Of a DNA stretch of 64,000 nucleotides, positions 51,885 through 64,000 are shown piece after piece (position 1 is the stretch's first letter; every line of letters begins with the position of its first letter). The notes under the pieces were generated by a model. That model ran no database searches. It was given only the letters and a program-made list of their open reading frames with translations, and was not told the DNA's origin. Location of the stretch: the NCBI GenBank assembly GCA_964016885.1, contig OZ024743.1:155744001-155808000 (forward strand). Reading direction: 5' to 3'. Made by a program: the position numbers and the translations under genes. This DNA is from Eledone cirrhosa (Eukaryota).

Positions 51885-51917
51885 AATAATAACAATAATA
51901 ATAATATTAATAATAAT

Positions 51918-52505
51918 CCCCCTGAGGCTCCAACTGAAGGATAAAAAGTAACAATTCTCTGGGACGTTCCTGTACATACTGACAGGACTATAAATGCAAA
52001 TAGACCTGACATCATTATAAAAGATCAGCATACCGCGGTCTGTTTATTGATAGATATGAGCATCCCATGTGATCACAATATCGCGACAAAAGAATTTGAA
52101 AAGCTACGAAAATATAAAAATCTGCTATTGAAATTGAGAAAAGGTGGCACCTCAAGGCCGTTACAATACCAGTGATTGTGGGAGGACTGGAAATGATCAA
52201 GAAAGGAACAGAACAATATTTGCGAATGACTCCTGGTTTACCCTCTCTGCACGGGGTGCAACAAATTGTTTTGACTGGTACTGCACACCTTATTGAGAAG
52301 AGCACTACCTCTGTAAGATTGATATCCCTCCTTGTATATACATATGCATATGCACATGTGTATATATGTATACTGTTTTTGTTTTAATTATAATCAATGT
52401 GCTGTATTAACTGGCTTACCAATGCACACTGTGAACGTATTTGCCCTACGTGTCACGAAGACACTCGGCATATATCTCAGAAACAATAATGAAAGAAAAA
52501 AAAAA
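51918..52505 (+). mobile_element. R4/Dong-like 3' fragment (REL endonuclease, 3' UTR, poly(A)) inside (TAA)n
   Basis: KVTILWDVPVHTDRTINANRPDIIIK..CLLIDMSIP..KEFEKLRKY..IPVIVGGL..QQIVLTGTAHL; flanked by TAA repeats on both sides. Confidence 0.88.
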
Positions 52506-52675
52506 TAATAATAATTGTTTCTACTTTTGGCACAAGGCAAGCAAATACCCAGTGCATTACTGGTACTTTATTTTATCGACCCTGTAACGATGAAAGGCAA
52601 AGTTAACCTCGGCGAGATATAAAATCAGATCGTAAAGGGACGTAACTATGCTGGAAAGCATGGCGCCAGACCCTA
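52506..52675 (-). mobile_element. SINE
   Basis: Close reverse-complement match to 32645-32815. Confidence 0.88.
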
Positions 52676-53219
52676 AAAATAATAATAATAATAATGATTG
52701 TCATTGTCGTCAGCATCCCCGTTGTCTGATGTTTCCTCTTCATTCTTTATCCTCCCTCAATTTTCATTATCACTGAGATTCTCGTCATCGACACGAGATG
52801 AAATTCATTTGTTGTGTAATGTTATATTCTAATTCGTTATTTCATGATGTTATTAGTACTTTATTTCTGTGTTTCTTTTAGTGATGTTTCGTAACGAGCT
52901 ACACCATTGAAATTTCACAAACGCTTACATAAATATTATTTTGTTATCTTTAAAATTACGTTACATATTCATGAAAGATAAGCTTTCTCGAATTTTAAAA
53001 CATAATTAATAAGATATATTTGTCTGAGAGTAGTTATTGTCGAAGAAAATATGTAATTTCCTCTTAAACAAACACTCAATCAACAGGTCTTAATTATCAT
53101 GTGGTACACTGCGGAAAATAGTTATTTATGATCATTTCCACCCCCAAATCGCAGCATGTTGAAATTGAGTATGGCACACCACAATGTAGCATAACGTGTA
53201 TATTGTTTCCCTCTAGTTT

Positions 53220-55000
53220 TCCCTAGCCCCGACAGTATCACCAGATAACAATAATGGGATTACCCATAGTGACGACACACTAGAACAGTATATTTTCGGC
53301 GCAGCATCCACGACCTTCAAATCGCCGATGTGCAATCACACGAACTCTTTCAAGGACCGGAGCAAGAGACACTCCACTTGACTGGCGGACCTGATATGGG
53401 ACGTGAAGGACAGCGGCACCACTACGATCTCAACTGGAGTATCGTTCAACGTGCTAATGCATATTCACCCAGAAGGGGAAGTTCAGGCTGTGCCTGTCCG
53501 AAGCCATGGAGATAGTGAGATTAAAGGATGACGCAGTCAACTTGAAATCGGAGATCATTATGGCATGTAGAGACCAAAGAAAGTGCAGACTCTGTGCATG
53601 GGAACCTTCTGATTGCTACAACTAAAGTCATACGGCGAAGCGAACGTCAGTCGGGGTAGCAGCGCGGGTCCATGGGATCCGACTTCATACCTTAATGACT
53701 ATGTATGCCGTGTGGGGCTTGTTCACACCCAATTTCCATAGGTATACTCAATCCGGTATCACACATCACTAAGGCACTCTGTTTCAGCCATAGTGCTCCG
53801 TTACAAACTATTTTTGCGTATTCCCTGCATATATATTTTTTTATGTAGTGTATGTGTTTTATCTACGTATTCCATTATGAAAGTTTTATGTATTTTTTCT
53901 TGTACAACCTCATATGTATTTTTTATATATATTTTTAAGTATACCCTTTGCATTGTTCCTATGTGTTTCCCTTTTCTGTATGTGGATTATTTCACAATAA
54001 CACCCTAATGCCAATTTACTCAACATGTGCATCAAAGCGCATCTGCATATATGTATATACCGCTACGTGAGATGTTGCGTGCATTCTTTGACGTATTCCT
54101 TATATGCACTTTTTTTTTAATGTTTTAAGTATTTCTTCAGGTAAATTTTCTTTGTGTACTCCCTGATGTACAGCATCATATGCATGTTTATATGTACTTT
54201 CCAAGTTTGTACAGTTCCTTTTCATATGTGTTCATACATGTGTGTGTGTGTGTGTGTAAGTGTGTATGTGAGTAGGCTTGGCTGCGTGGATATGTACGTG
54301 TCTGTATATGTAGGTGTGCATGTATATGTATATATATATGTGTGTTTGTGTGTATGTATATGTATGGATAGATATATGTATATATGTGGGTCCATGTATG
54401 TGTACGCGTGTGCTTATATATGTGTGTGCATGTATCTATATATGACGGGTGAATATATGCATGTGTACGTACGTACGCAAACGAACGAGCTCTATGTATC
54501 TGTGTGAGTGTGTGTGTGTGTGTGTGTATGTCTGCACAGATAAGTGTGTGATCAGGAGCTCGGAATGTATGTCTATGTGTGAGCACACGTCTGTGTGGGT
54601 GTATGTGTGTCGGGCAACGGGAAAGCTGGGGACTGGCAAAGCAGTTCATAACCCTTTGCCCATCTAGCAGTAATGCTGACGACGGAATTAAGGTGAGTGA
54701 CGCCTGAATGGAAATGGTCAGTGGGAAGATTTGAATGGTCAAACATACAGAGGACGTCTCGAACTCTATACCAATCGACGGTGCACGCAAACAGGATGAT
54801 GGCAGATGATAGAAATTCTACGGGTCTAAATCCAACAGAAAGACGATTAGCTTCGAGGTATCTAGTCGTATCTGAGGAACTTGCGACTCCAATGTCAGTT
54901 TCGATCCACAAACAGATCGCACCTCGAGCTGTTCGCCAGAGAAACAATTGTAATACGTTATAAATTGTGTTCCGATGCATCACCGATTCTTCGTTTTCCA
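53220..55000 (+). mobile_element. PLE 3' end: GIY-YIG endonuclease remnant, microsatellite-rich UTR, hammerhead
   Basis: YIFGAASTTFKS..NHTNSFK..LADLIW..LNWSIVQRANAY..RLCLSEA..NLKSEIIMACR at 53290-53600. Continuity through to the hammerhead at 54867 is inferred by analogy with 62230-64000. Confidence 0.65.
54867..54957 (+). ncRNA. Type I hammerhead ribozyme motif with extended stem II
   Basis: CGUAU CUGAGGA A CUUGCGA...UCGCCAG A GAAA CAAUUG UA AUACG: perfect 5-bp stem I, palindromic stem III ACAAUUGU, 62-nt stem II domain. Confidence 0.72.
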
Positions 55001-55003
55001 TAT

Positions 55004-55029
<26 letters not shown>

Positions 55030-55050
<21 letters not shown>

Positions 55051-55255
55051 GGGATAACAAGTTATCGTTGTAGGTAATCTACTTAGAGGTATTGACTGAT
55101 TTATTGACTGGTTGTAAATGAAGTATTGGAGATCCATTGACGCAACGCCAAGCGGTTAGCGAGCCTCTAGACCGACCAGATCAACGAAACAATTGTCAGT
55201 ACTGTGAATAAAGCCCTTATTGTACAGCCAACCATGTTATTCTCATTTCTTGATT
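55030..55255 (+). mobile_element. Short pLTR-like insert between (TA)n tracts with a degenerate hammerhead half
   Basis: GAAACAATTGTC-AGTAC at 55186-55202, followed by AATAAA; no intact upstream CUGANGA. Confidence 0.4.
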
Positions 55256-56039
55256 TATATATATATATATATTGAGAGAGAGAGAGAGAGAGAGAGAGAT
55301 TGAAAGAGGGGGATAACACGAGAGAGAAAGAGAGAGAGAGAGAGTGAGAGAGAGAGAGAAGTATTCAATTGAAGAAAGTTGGTTGATTAAAATCAGCCCA
55401 CTTATTCTTTAACAGACGTAAAACACTCCACGATTTTTATTTGCACGGTGTTTGAAAATAATTAAGAAAGGCGGTTGTATTCGTACATCCCTATGTTATT
55501 TGTTAAACGCATTTCGAAGATGTAAGGTCGTTATATAATAACTGCCTTACACGTTCTATTTCAAACAAACGTACAAACGAGATGTAGAGTTCCATTGATA
55601 TGCTATCTGTCAGACGTGTTATTCACCTCTCCGAGCAATACACATATGGCACAATTTCTCTAGTAGCAGTTCTATTATGGGCAGGAGATAGTTGTTGTTA
55701 CTGGCAAGCGTGCTGGGGTATCAGGTTACCATATCTGTCGCTTGACTCAAGTATGGTATGGAGGAACTATTAACATATATATATATCTTATGTTTCCGGA
55801 CTAATTTTTATTAACATCGATATAAATTTAATATTGGTACTTTAGATATTTTAGATATTTTAGATATTGGTACTTTGATGCTGATGTTATAATGTATCTA
55901 TATATTTATAAATGATTTATTAATTAGTTGATTAATTAGTGTATATTATTTACAGATATGTTTAATCAACTAGCTTTCTTCAATTGAATAAATTGATGCT
56001 CCTATCTTAGTCAAGCGCTTTCTTCTATGACAGGTACCG

Positions 56040-56745
56040 AATGATGGGATATTTTAACATCTCAACATCACTTAAGGATGTACCCATACCAGGAAAGACA
56101 GCGTTTACAAAAAACTATATTGAAAAAAACCGATTTCTTCATACGTAAAATGTGGTGGCGTTCTTACCACTTAGAAAAGAAGAGATAATAAAAGAATAAC
56201 CTAACTAAGAATAATCTTGAGTGTAAATTTAGGACAAGGAAGAACCCACCATAAACCAATATCTAGCAGAATTTGAAAATGAAATGTTCAAAATTATCAG
56301 GAAGTTTCCATACAGTGGACAGGAGCACCTGAAAAATCTAAGGGACAAGATTAAGGAACTAACTTCGGAAGATTGTAAAAATTCTGGTCCACTTTGAAAA
56401 AATCAATAACCTATATGGATTGGATAAGGAGGAATACCATAAACTAATAATCAGAGAACTAAGAAAAAGCTATCGTAAAGCGATATCCTGAAACCTAGAA
56501 TCAATAAGTAAGGAAGCAAACGAAATAGTCAGTAAGCTAGGGATCGAACACCGCACTGAGCCTTACATACCTATAACACCGAGCATTAATATTAAAAACC
56601 ATAAAAATAATTTTCAATCAGATCTACCTGTTAGACTTATAGCACCATCTAAATCCGAGTTAGGAATCATAAGTAAGTGCATATTAGAGAGGTGTATACC
56701 ACTATTGAGGCTGAGAGCCCAAATAAAACTAATGAATGGAACCAA
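56040..56745 (+). mobile_element. PLE ORF N-terminal region, decayed
   Basis: SLKDVPIP, MWWR, LAEFENEM, KINNLY..EEYHKL, IKNHKNNF..PVRLIAPSKSELGIISKCIL (typical of the PLE RT N-terminus). Confidence 0.8.
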
Positions 56746-57826
56746 CTCAGACTCAGACTCAGAAGCTCCCGCGTCTTGCGACACATGAGGCAATCATAGT
56801 GTTCCACCGCGTTCGGTCAGCAGCCAGTTGCACAGCGTCCCGCCATTCTGTTTGTCGCTCGCAGGTCCCTCTCAACTGTCTGGCACCAGTTCATTTTGGG
56901 TCGCCCTCTCCATCTGCTTCCCTGTGGGTTCCATTTAAGTACTTGGTTCGCCAGTCTTTCCGGGGAGATGTCTCAAAGCGTGCCCAAACCAGCCCAGGCG
57001 TCGCTTGCAGATGGCAGAAGAGACCAACTGCTGGTTGGTGCGGTTCCTGACTTCCCGGTTTGTTACATGGTCACTCCATTTTATCCCCAGTATTTTTCGC
57101 AGACACCTGGAATCGAATGCGTCCAACTTCTTCTCTTGGCTGGTATTAAGGTGCCATGTTTCACTTCCGTACAAGAGTGTGGACAGCACGTTGCTGTTGT
57201 AGAATCTCATCTTTGTTTTGAGGGTGAACTTCCTGCTCTTCCAGATATTGACAAGCTGGTTAAATGCTGCTGAAGCCTTTCCCATTCTACATTGCAATTC
57301 ACTGTCCATGGCGCCCCCATTGTCAATGGAGCTTCATAGGTAGGTGAAGTTGTCCACTATCTCCACCTCCCCCTGTTCAATGAAAACACTAGTTGGTGAT
57401 GGGTGTGTCCCAGATAACATGCTTTTGGTCTTCTTAGCCCTGATATTGAGACCTAAGATTCCTGCTTCGACATTGATATTGTTCATAATGATTTGCAGGT
57501 CAGCTGTGCTCTCTGCAAGTGCAACAATATCGTCCGCAAAGTCCAGGTCAGACAACTTTTGCTCTCCCACCCAAGATATACCCTGGTCTTTAGACGCTCT
57601 TCTTAGTACCCAGTCAATAGCTATGGCAAGGAGAATTGGAGAGAGCGAGCAACCCTTACGCACACCAGTAACCACCTCAAACCAGTCACTGTAACCATCC
57701 TCTGTCCGTATGCAGCACTTGGAGTTTGCGTAAATCTGTTTGATTGCCGAAATGACTTTCTGGTGCAGACCATACTCATGCATGATGCTCCAGAGTGACG
57801 GTCGATGAATGCTATCGAATGCTATC
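56746..57826 (-). mobile_element. RTE-like LINE, third family, 5'-truncated, with (CTGAGT)n tail
   Basis: AFDSIHRPSLW, TGVRKGCSLSPILL, DLDFADDIV, FTYL, STLLYGSETW, RRLGWFGH; tail visible as actcagactcagactcag on the plus strand. Confidence 0.9.
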
Positions 57827-60314
57827 AGTTAAACTTGACGATTCTTGCTGATAAAATTATTTGAGGCATATATGTTCTGATGTTTGCAGTCTTCACTACT
57901 TATTTTATTTTTTCTGCTCTTTATCTGAAAACGTTCATTGACATTGGGAGATTTCTAGTTCCATCGAACATGACAAACAACGAATAAGTTAATGTATGGA
58001 ACGTCTAACAACAATACCGTAGACAATGTTATTAATATGTTAACAGCATTCTTTCGCAAGCCACATTTATAATTGAATATATTTATATTTGAAGTATTAT
58101 CTCTGAAACCTCTGACGTTGTCATATTACCATCTAACAATGAGTTGGCTGAATATAGCAATGTTGATTTAGAGCACCTGCAATAATTATTGGTAAGACAA
58201 TCCATCTGTATCTCTCATGTTATTTATTTCAGCAGAAATACCCAATGATACTATAGTAAAAGATAGTCTGGATATTGTTTACTTCCAGTAATTTATGTGT
58301 GAATGTCAAATGTCTTATGTGGAGCTATATCTTCTTTCCTGCTATCAATATTTGCTTAGCCGATTATTTTTGTTTCGCGACAGTGAGGATGGCTGCAGGG
58401 TTAAAACACATTAAATGCGTTTTTTTTTCTTTCCTTCGTGTTGTTCTATTTTACTTTCCTCTTTCTTCTATCCATTTGTCATGTAGCCTCTATTATACTA
58501 TCCGCATTAGAAATCATTTCTATATAGAATTTTTAACATTCAAAGGAAATATATTTTCTATTTCGTGCTTATCTGATTAGTGTAGCCGCACGCATCTTCT
58601 AACCATGGATATCTATTTTCAAATAAACACTTCGAAATGTGTTGTTCACTGGATATTATATACTTGCTAAAGAGCATATATGAACGGCTATTATTTAACT
58701 AAATATATTTCATTTATACCCTTCAATAAATTCTAATATATAGTAAAATACTTGTATTTTCCGAATGTGCCATTACAGTGACGTCATAAATTATTTGTTT
58801 GTCCGAAGAATATATAGGACCATAGAGTTTGAATATATTTATCTGTTTATAAAATATTCATCTTGAAGTGGATGACATAACAAGACAATAAAAGAAATAA
58901 TGCAACTTATAATGAGGTAACCAATGAATATAAAACAAATATGATTAAAACAAAACATTTATTGGAAGATCAAACGTTAAATTTCAAGACAGAAACGAAA
59001 TCATAAAAAATGACATTGTAAATTGTTAATTATTAACATAACCCTGTACTAGCAATGCGGAAATTGAATAAAATATTGAAGATGGTAATATGTAAATGCG
59101 TACATGTAACATCTGTTTACTATTACACCCTTCAAAAGTAGTTGCGATGCAATCTAGGGATGAAAATGCATATGTATATGTATATATGTATATATATATA
59201 TTCATTTACAAACATCATGTGCAATTACTGATAGGATCTTTAAAAAAAAACAACGCAATCTTTCGATGCAAACATTGTATCTGTTATATTAGTTGTTTTA
59301 GTATTTTAACCGGTGTGTTAGGAATATTTTACATTTGTTATGATACATTTGACGGAAACGTGTGGTGAGACATGTCTAAACAAGAGAAAAAAAGGAATAA
59401 ATCTATGTGATTCTTTGGGAAGTCAAGTTCCATAAGCCATGGTGCTGTTCAATGAGTGTTTTATTTTGGGGTCCGGAAGCAATTGAGAGGAAATTATTTG
59501 GTCCCTATCTTTGCAAGTTTTCTTTAAATATACTATAGTATTGCATTAAATGTTGCTGCACATTGACTGTAGATTATGATGATACAAATACATAAACGGT
59601 ATAATATGTTATCGAAAATATTAGGATATAATGTAAAGTTAAACATAAATATATTTGAAGTTTGTGATTAAGGAGAGAACAAATATCGTAAGGCTTAGTG
59701 TCCGACTGTCTCTTGATTGTGCAAACTAACAAGCTAATATATTTATATCCCCAAATAAAATATTCTATTCAAGCCGGGATAGTTTTCTATCTAGCTACGA
59801 AGACAGTCCTTGTATATGTTATAATATGTATATCGTACAAATATTACAATTGCTTTTAAGGCTTTCGCGTATAAATCAATATGTATCAGGAAATTATTAT
59901 TATGACCTATTACGTATTTTGTCTAATTTGTATTATTTATTAAGAATAGGATATATTATCATACTCATATACTTGCAAATAACGCTAAATACTCTAATGA
60001 CTAAAGAGTTATAAGGTCATATGAAATCATATGTTTAGACTGTCACATGTTTTGTCAATGTAAAATGATGAGACGTTTACCACTGAGAGAACTTTACTCG
60101 TATGTATATCATGAGGCTAAATATGAACGCAAATAATAGCAATCTCTAAACATGCTAATATTGTAAATGTTGGAATATAGCAGATTTTAGATTGCTTACT
60201 TGTCAAATGTTATATAACATTATAATATGATATATGCATAAAACGTTATGCGCATATAGGTTATTAAAAAAATCGTAGGTACCAATTCATGAATGTGCAA
60301 ACGTTTTGTTTAAA

Positions 60315-60510
60315 TAATTATTTCTAGTATAAGCACAAGGCCAGTGATTTGGGGAAGGGATATGTAGACTAAATCGCCCCCAGTACAATACTGGTGCTTC
60401 ATTTCCTCTACCCCGTAAGGATGAAAGGCAAAGTTAACCCCAGCGGGATTTGAACTCAGACTATGGATGACCGCAGCTCATGGTGCCCGACTCGCTACCG
60501 ATACTGGGCC
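60315..60510 (-). mobile_element. SINE
   Basis: gcacaaggccag..tactggt..ccccgtaaggatgaaaggcaaagttaac..gcgggatttgaactcaga. Confidence 0.8.
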
Positions 60511-60759
60511 AATTCAATGGTTATAAATTCTTCAATGGTGACTGTTCCTTTAGATAAACTTCGGGTTTGTGCAGGAAAATATGTTTATGAAAACTATGAT
60601 AGGGTCTTAAGATCATGTAAAGTACATGCTCTCCAAAGTGTTCTAACGTCGCATGCAACGTCCATTATCAATGAATGATTTATATATATGCGTACGTACA
60701 CACATATTATACACACAAATACACACACATATATTTCACTATATATATATATATATATA

Positions 60760-62020
60760 TTGTTATACTTTGGGAGGGTCATGTTGCCAATAAGAAACAC
60801 ACGCACCATTGCGTTCACTTCAATTTATTATAATAAATTTATCAATTTAGGAATTTATAAGTTTCCGGTTGGTTGGTTGGTTCCACAACCAGATGGTTGT
60901 TTATATATTGATAAAGTTCTTTCGTCACACATTATGTGACCTCTTCAGTGACTGGGGATTCTTTTCTTTGTGTTTGTGCCTCTCCTTTGTTCTGTCCTAC
61001 GCCATCTTGTTTCTGTGTGTTGTGTGCTCAGTCTGAAATGATCAGTGAGAGCAATGTTGAGGTTCCTACTTAAACTCACCGATAGTAATAATTACCTAGA
61101 CACATATGACCTTAGCAACCTGTTCCCTACAAGACCAGCAAGAGCCAGACCACCTACCATTACCTCAATGGCCAGGAAAACCCACACAGATAGATGGAAC
61201 GGGTGGACAAGAGCCATACGGACTCCCGAAAACCACGATGAACTAAAGAAATTGATTGCACTTGCGGTGGGGACCAGCATAAAATTAACCCTTAAGGAAC
61301 ATATGTTCAAATTTAATGGAAAAGCATATGCCCAAGAGGAAGGAGCAGCCATTGCTGTTAGCATTGCAGGGGACATAGCTAACTTATTCATGGTATGGTG
61401 GGACAGAAGACTTAAACTTAAACTTAAAGAACAATTAGAAGACCCCTTAACACTGATAATGTTCTCCCGCTACGTTGATGATATAAACATCGTAGTTAAA
61501 ACACGCCCACTTCAAGATAGTAAATATATATATATATATATACGTATATCGTAGTTAAAACACCCCCACTAGTGAACAGTAGTGTAATTAGAGAAAAAAC
61601 ACAATGGAAAGCATCCAGCAAATAGCTAACTCCATCCACCAGAGTATTAGCGTGACTATAGACTACCCAAGCAAACACCCCAACCATCGATTACCTGTAC
61701 TAGACACAGAGCTCTGGTTAGATACCATTAATAACAAAAAACAAATCCTCCAGTCTCATTATGCCAAACCCATGACTTCCAAACATCTGATCCACCGAAA
61801 CTCAGCTGTTTCGGACCATACCAAAATCAACATACTGATTGCGGATGTGGTACGGGTGATGAGAAACGTGACCCGCATGTGCAACCCCGAAGAACTAGAG
61901 AGACACATACAACACTTCATCCACCGTATGTAGTTCTCTGGTTGCAATCAGAGAGATAAAATCCTAGTGTATAGAGGAGCCAGAACCTAATGGGAAAAAA
62001 TGGTAAACAATGACACAAAT
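60760..62020 (+). mobile_element. PLE: inverted pLTR (60760-61034) joined to an RT fragment (61045-61990)
   Basis: FKFNGKAYAQEEGAAI..IANLFMVWWD, FSRYVDDI, DYPS..RLPVLD, HYAKPM..LIHRNSA; a short (TA) insert with a duplicated atcgtagttaaaacac interrupts the RT at ~61490-61570. Confidence 0.85.
60910..60952 (-). ncRNA. Type I hammerhead motif (homolog of 23218)
   Basis: GUCA CUGAAGA G GUCACAU-AAU-GUGUGAC GAAA GAAC UU UAUC; the stem II change keeps pairing (U-A to U-G). Confidence 0.6.

Positions 62021-64000
<1,980 letters not shown>

Noticed and set aside
32625-52675. Inverted terminal SINEs as TIRs of one giant DNA transposon
   Set aside because: They are ordinary copies of a dispersed SINE; no transposase or clear target duplication, and the interior is all retroelements.
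55123-55202. Eighth hammerhead candidate
   Set aside because: The 3' half (GAAACAAUUGUC) fits, but the CUGANGA box is missing; kept only as a degenerate pLTR feature.

Overview
AT-rich eukaryotic (animal) non-genic or intronic DNA. It is probably from a cephalopod or octopod; this is an inference from the recurring ~170-bp tRNA-like SINE and the dense (TA)n/(AAT)n microsatellites. No intact host gene is visible. Nearly all coding-like signal comes from decayed transposable elements: R4/Dong-like and CRE-like REL retrotransposons, three RTE-like LINE families, a Helitron cluster (13.9-22.3 kb), many Penelope-like (PLE) fragments, and a ~20-kb retroelement pile-up (32.6-52.7 kb). Two things stand out. 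(1) A head-to-tail array of Tx1/L1-clade elements whose ends sit in (ATT)n tracts, several of them SINE tails, with Dong-like elements using the same tracts in the opposite orientation. (2) At least seven type I hammerhead ribozyme motifs in PLE terminal repeats, three with unusually long, branched stem II domains (51, 62 and 92 nt) and a mismatched base of stem II. Smaller rearrangement signatures are also visible: a twin-priming-like RTE inversion, a 30-bp fold-back at a junction, and inverted blocks within (TA)n. All calls come from reading motifs by eye, and element boundaries are approximate unless a junction sequence is quoted.
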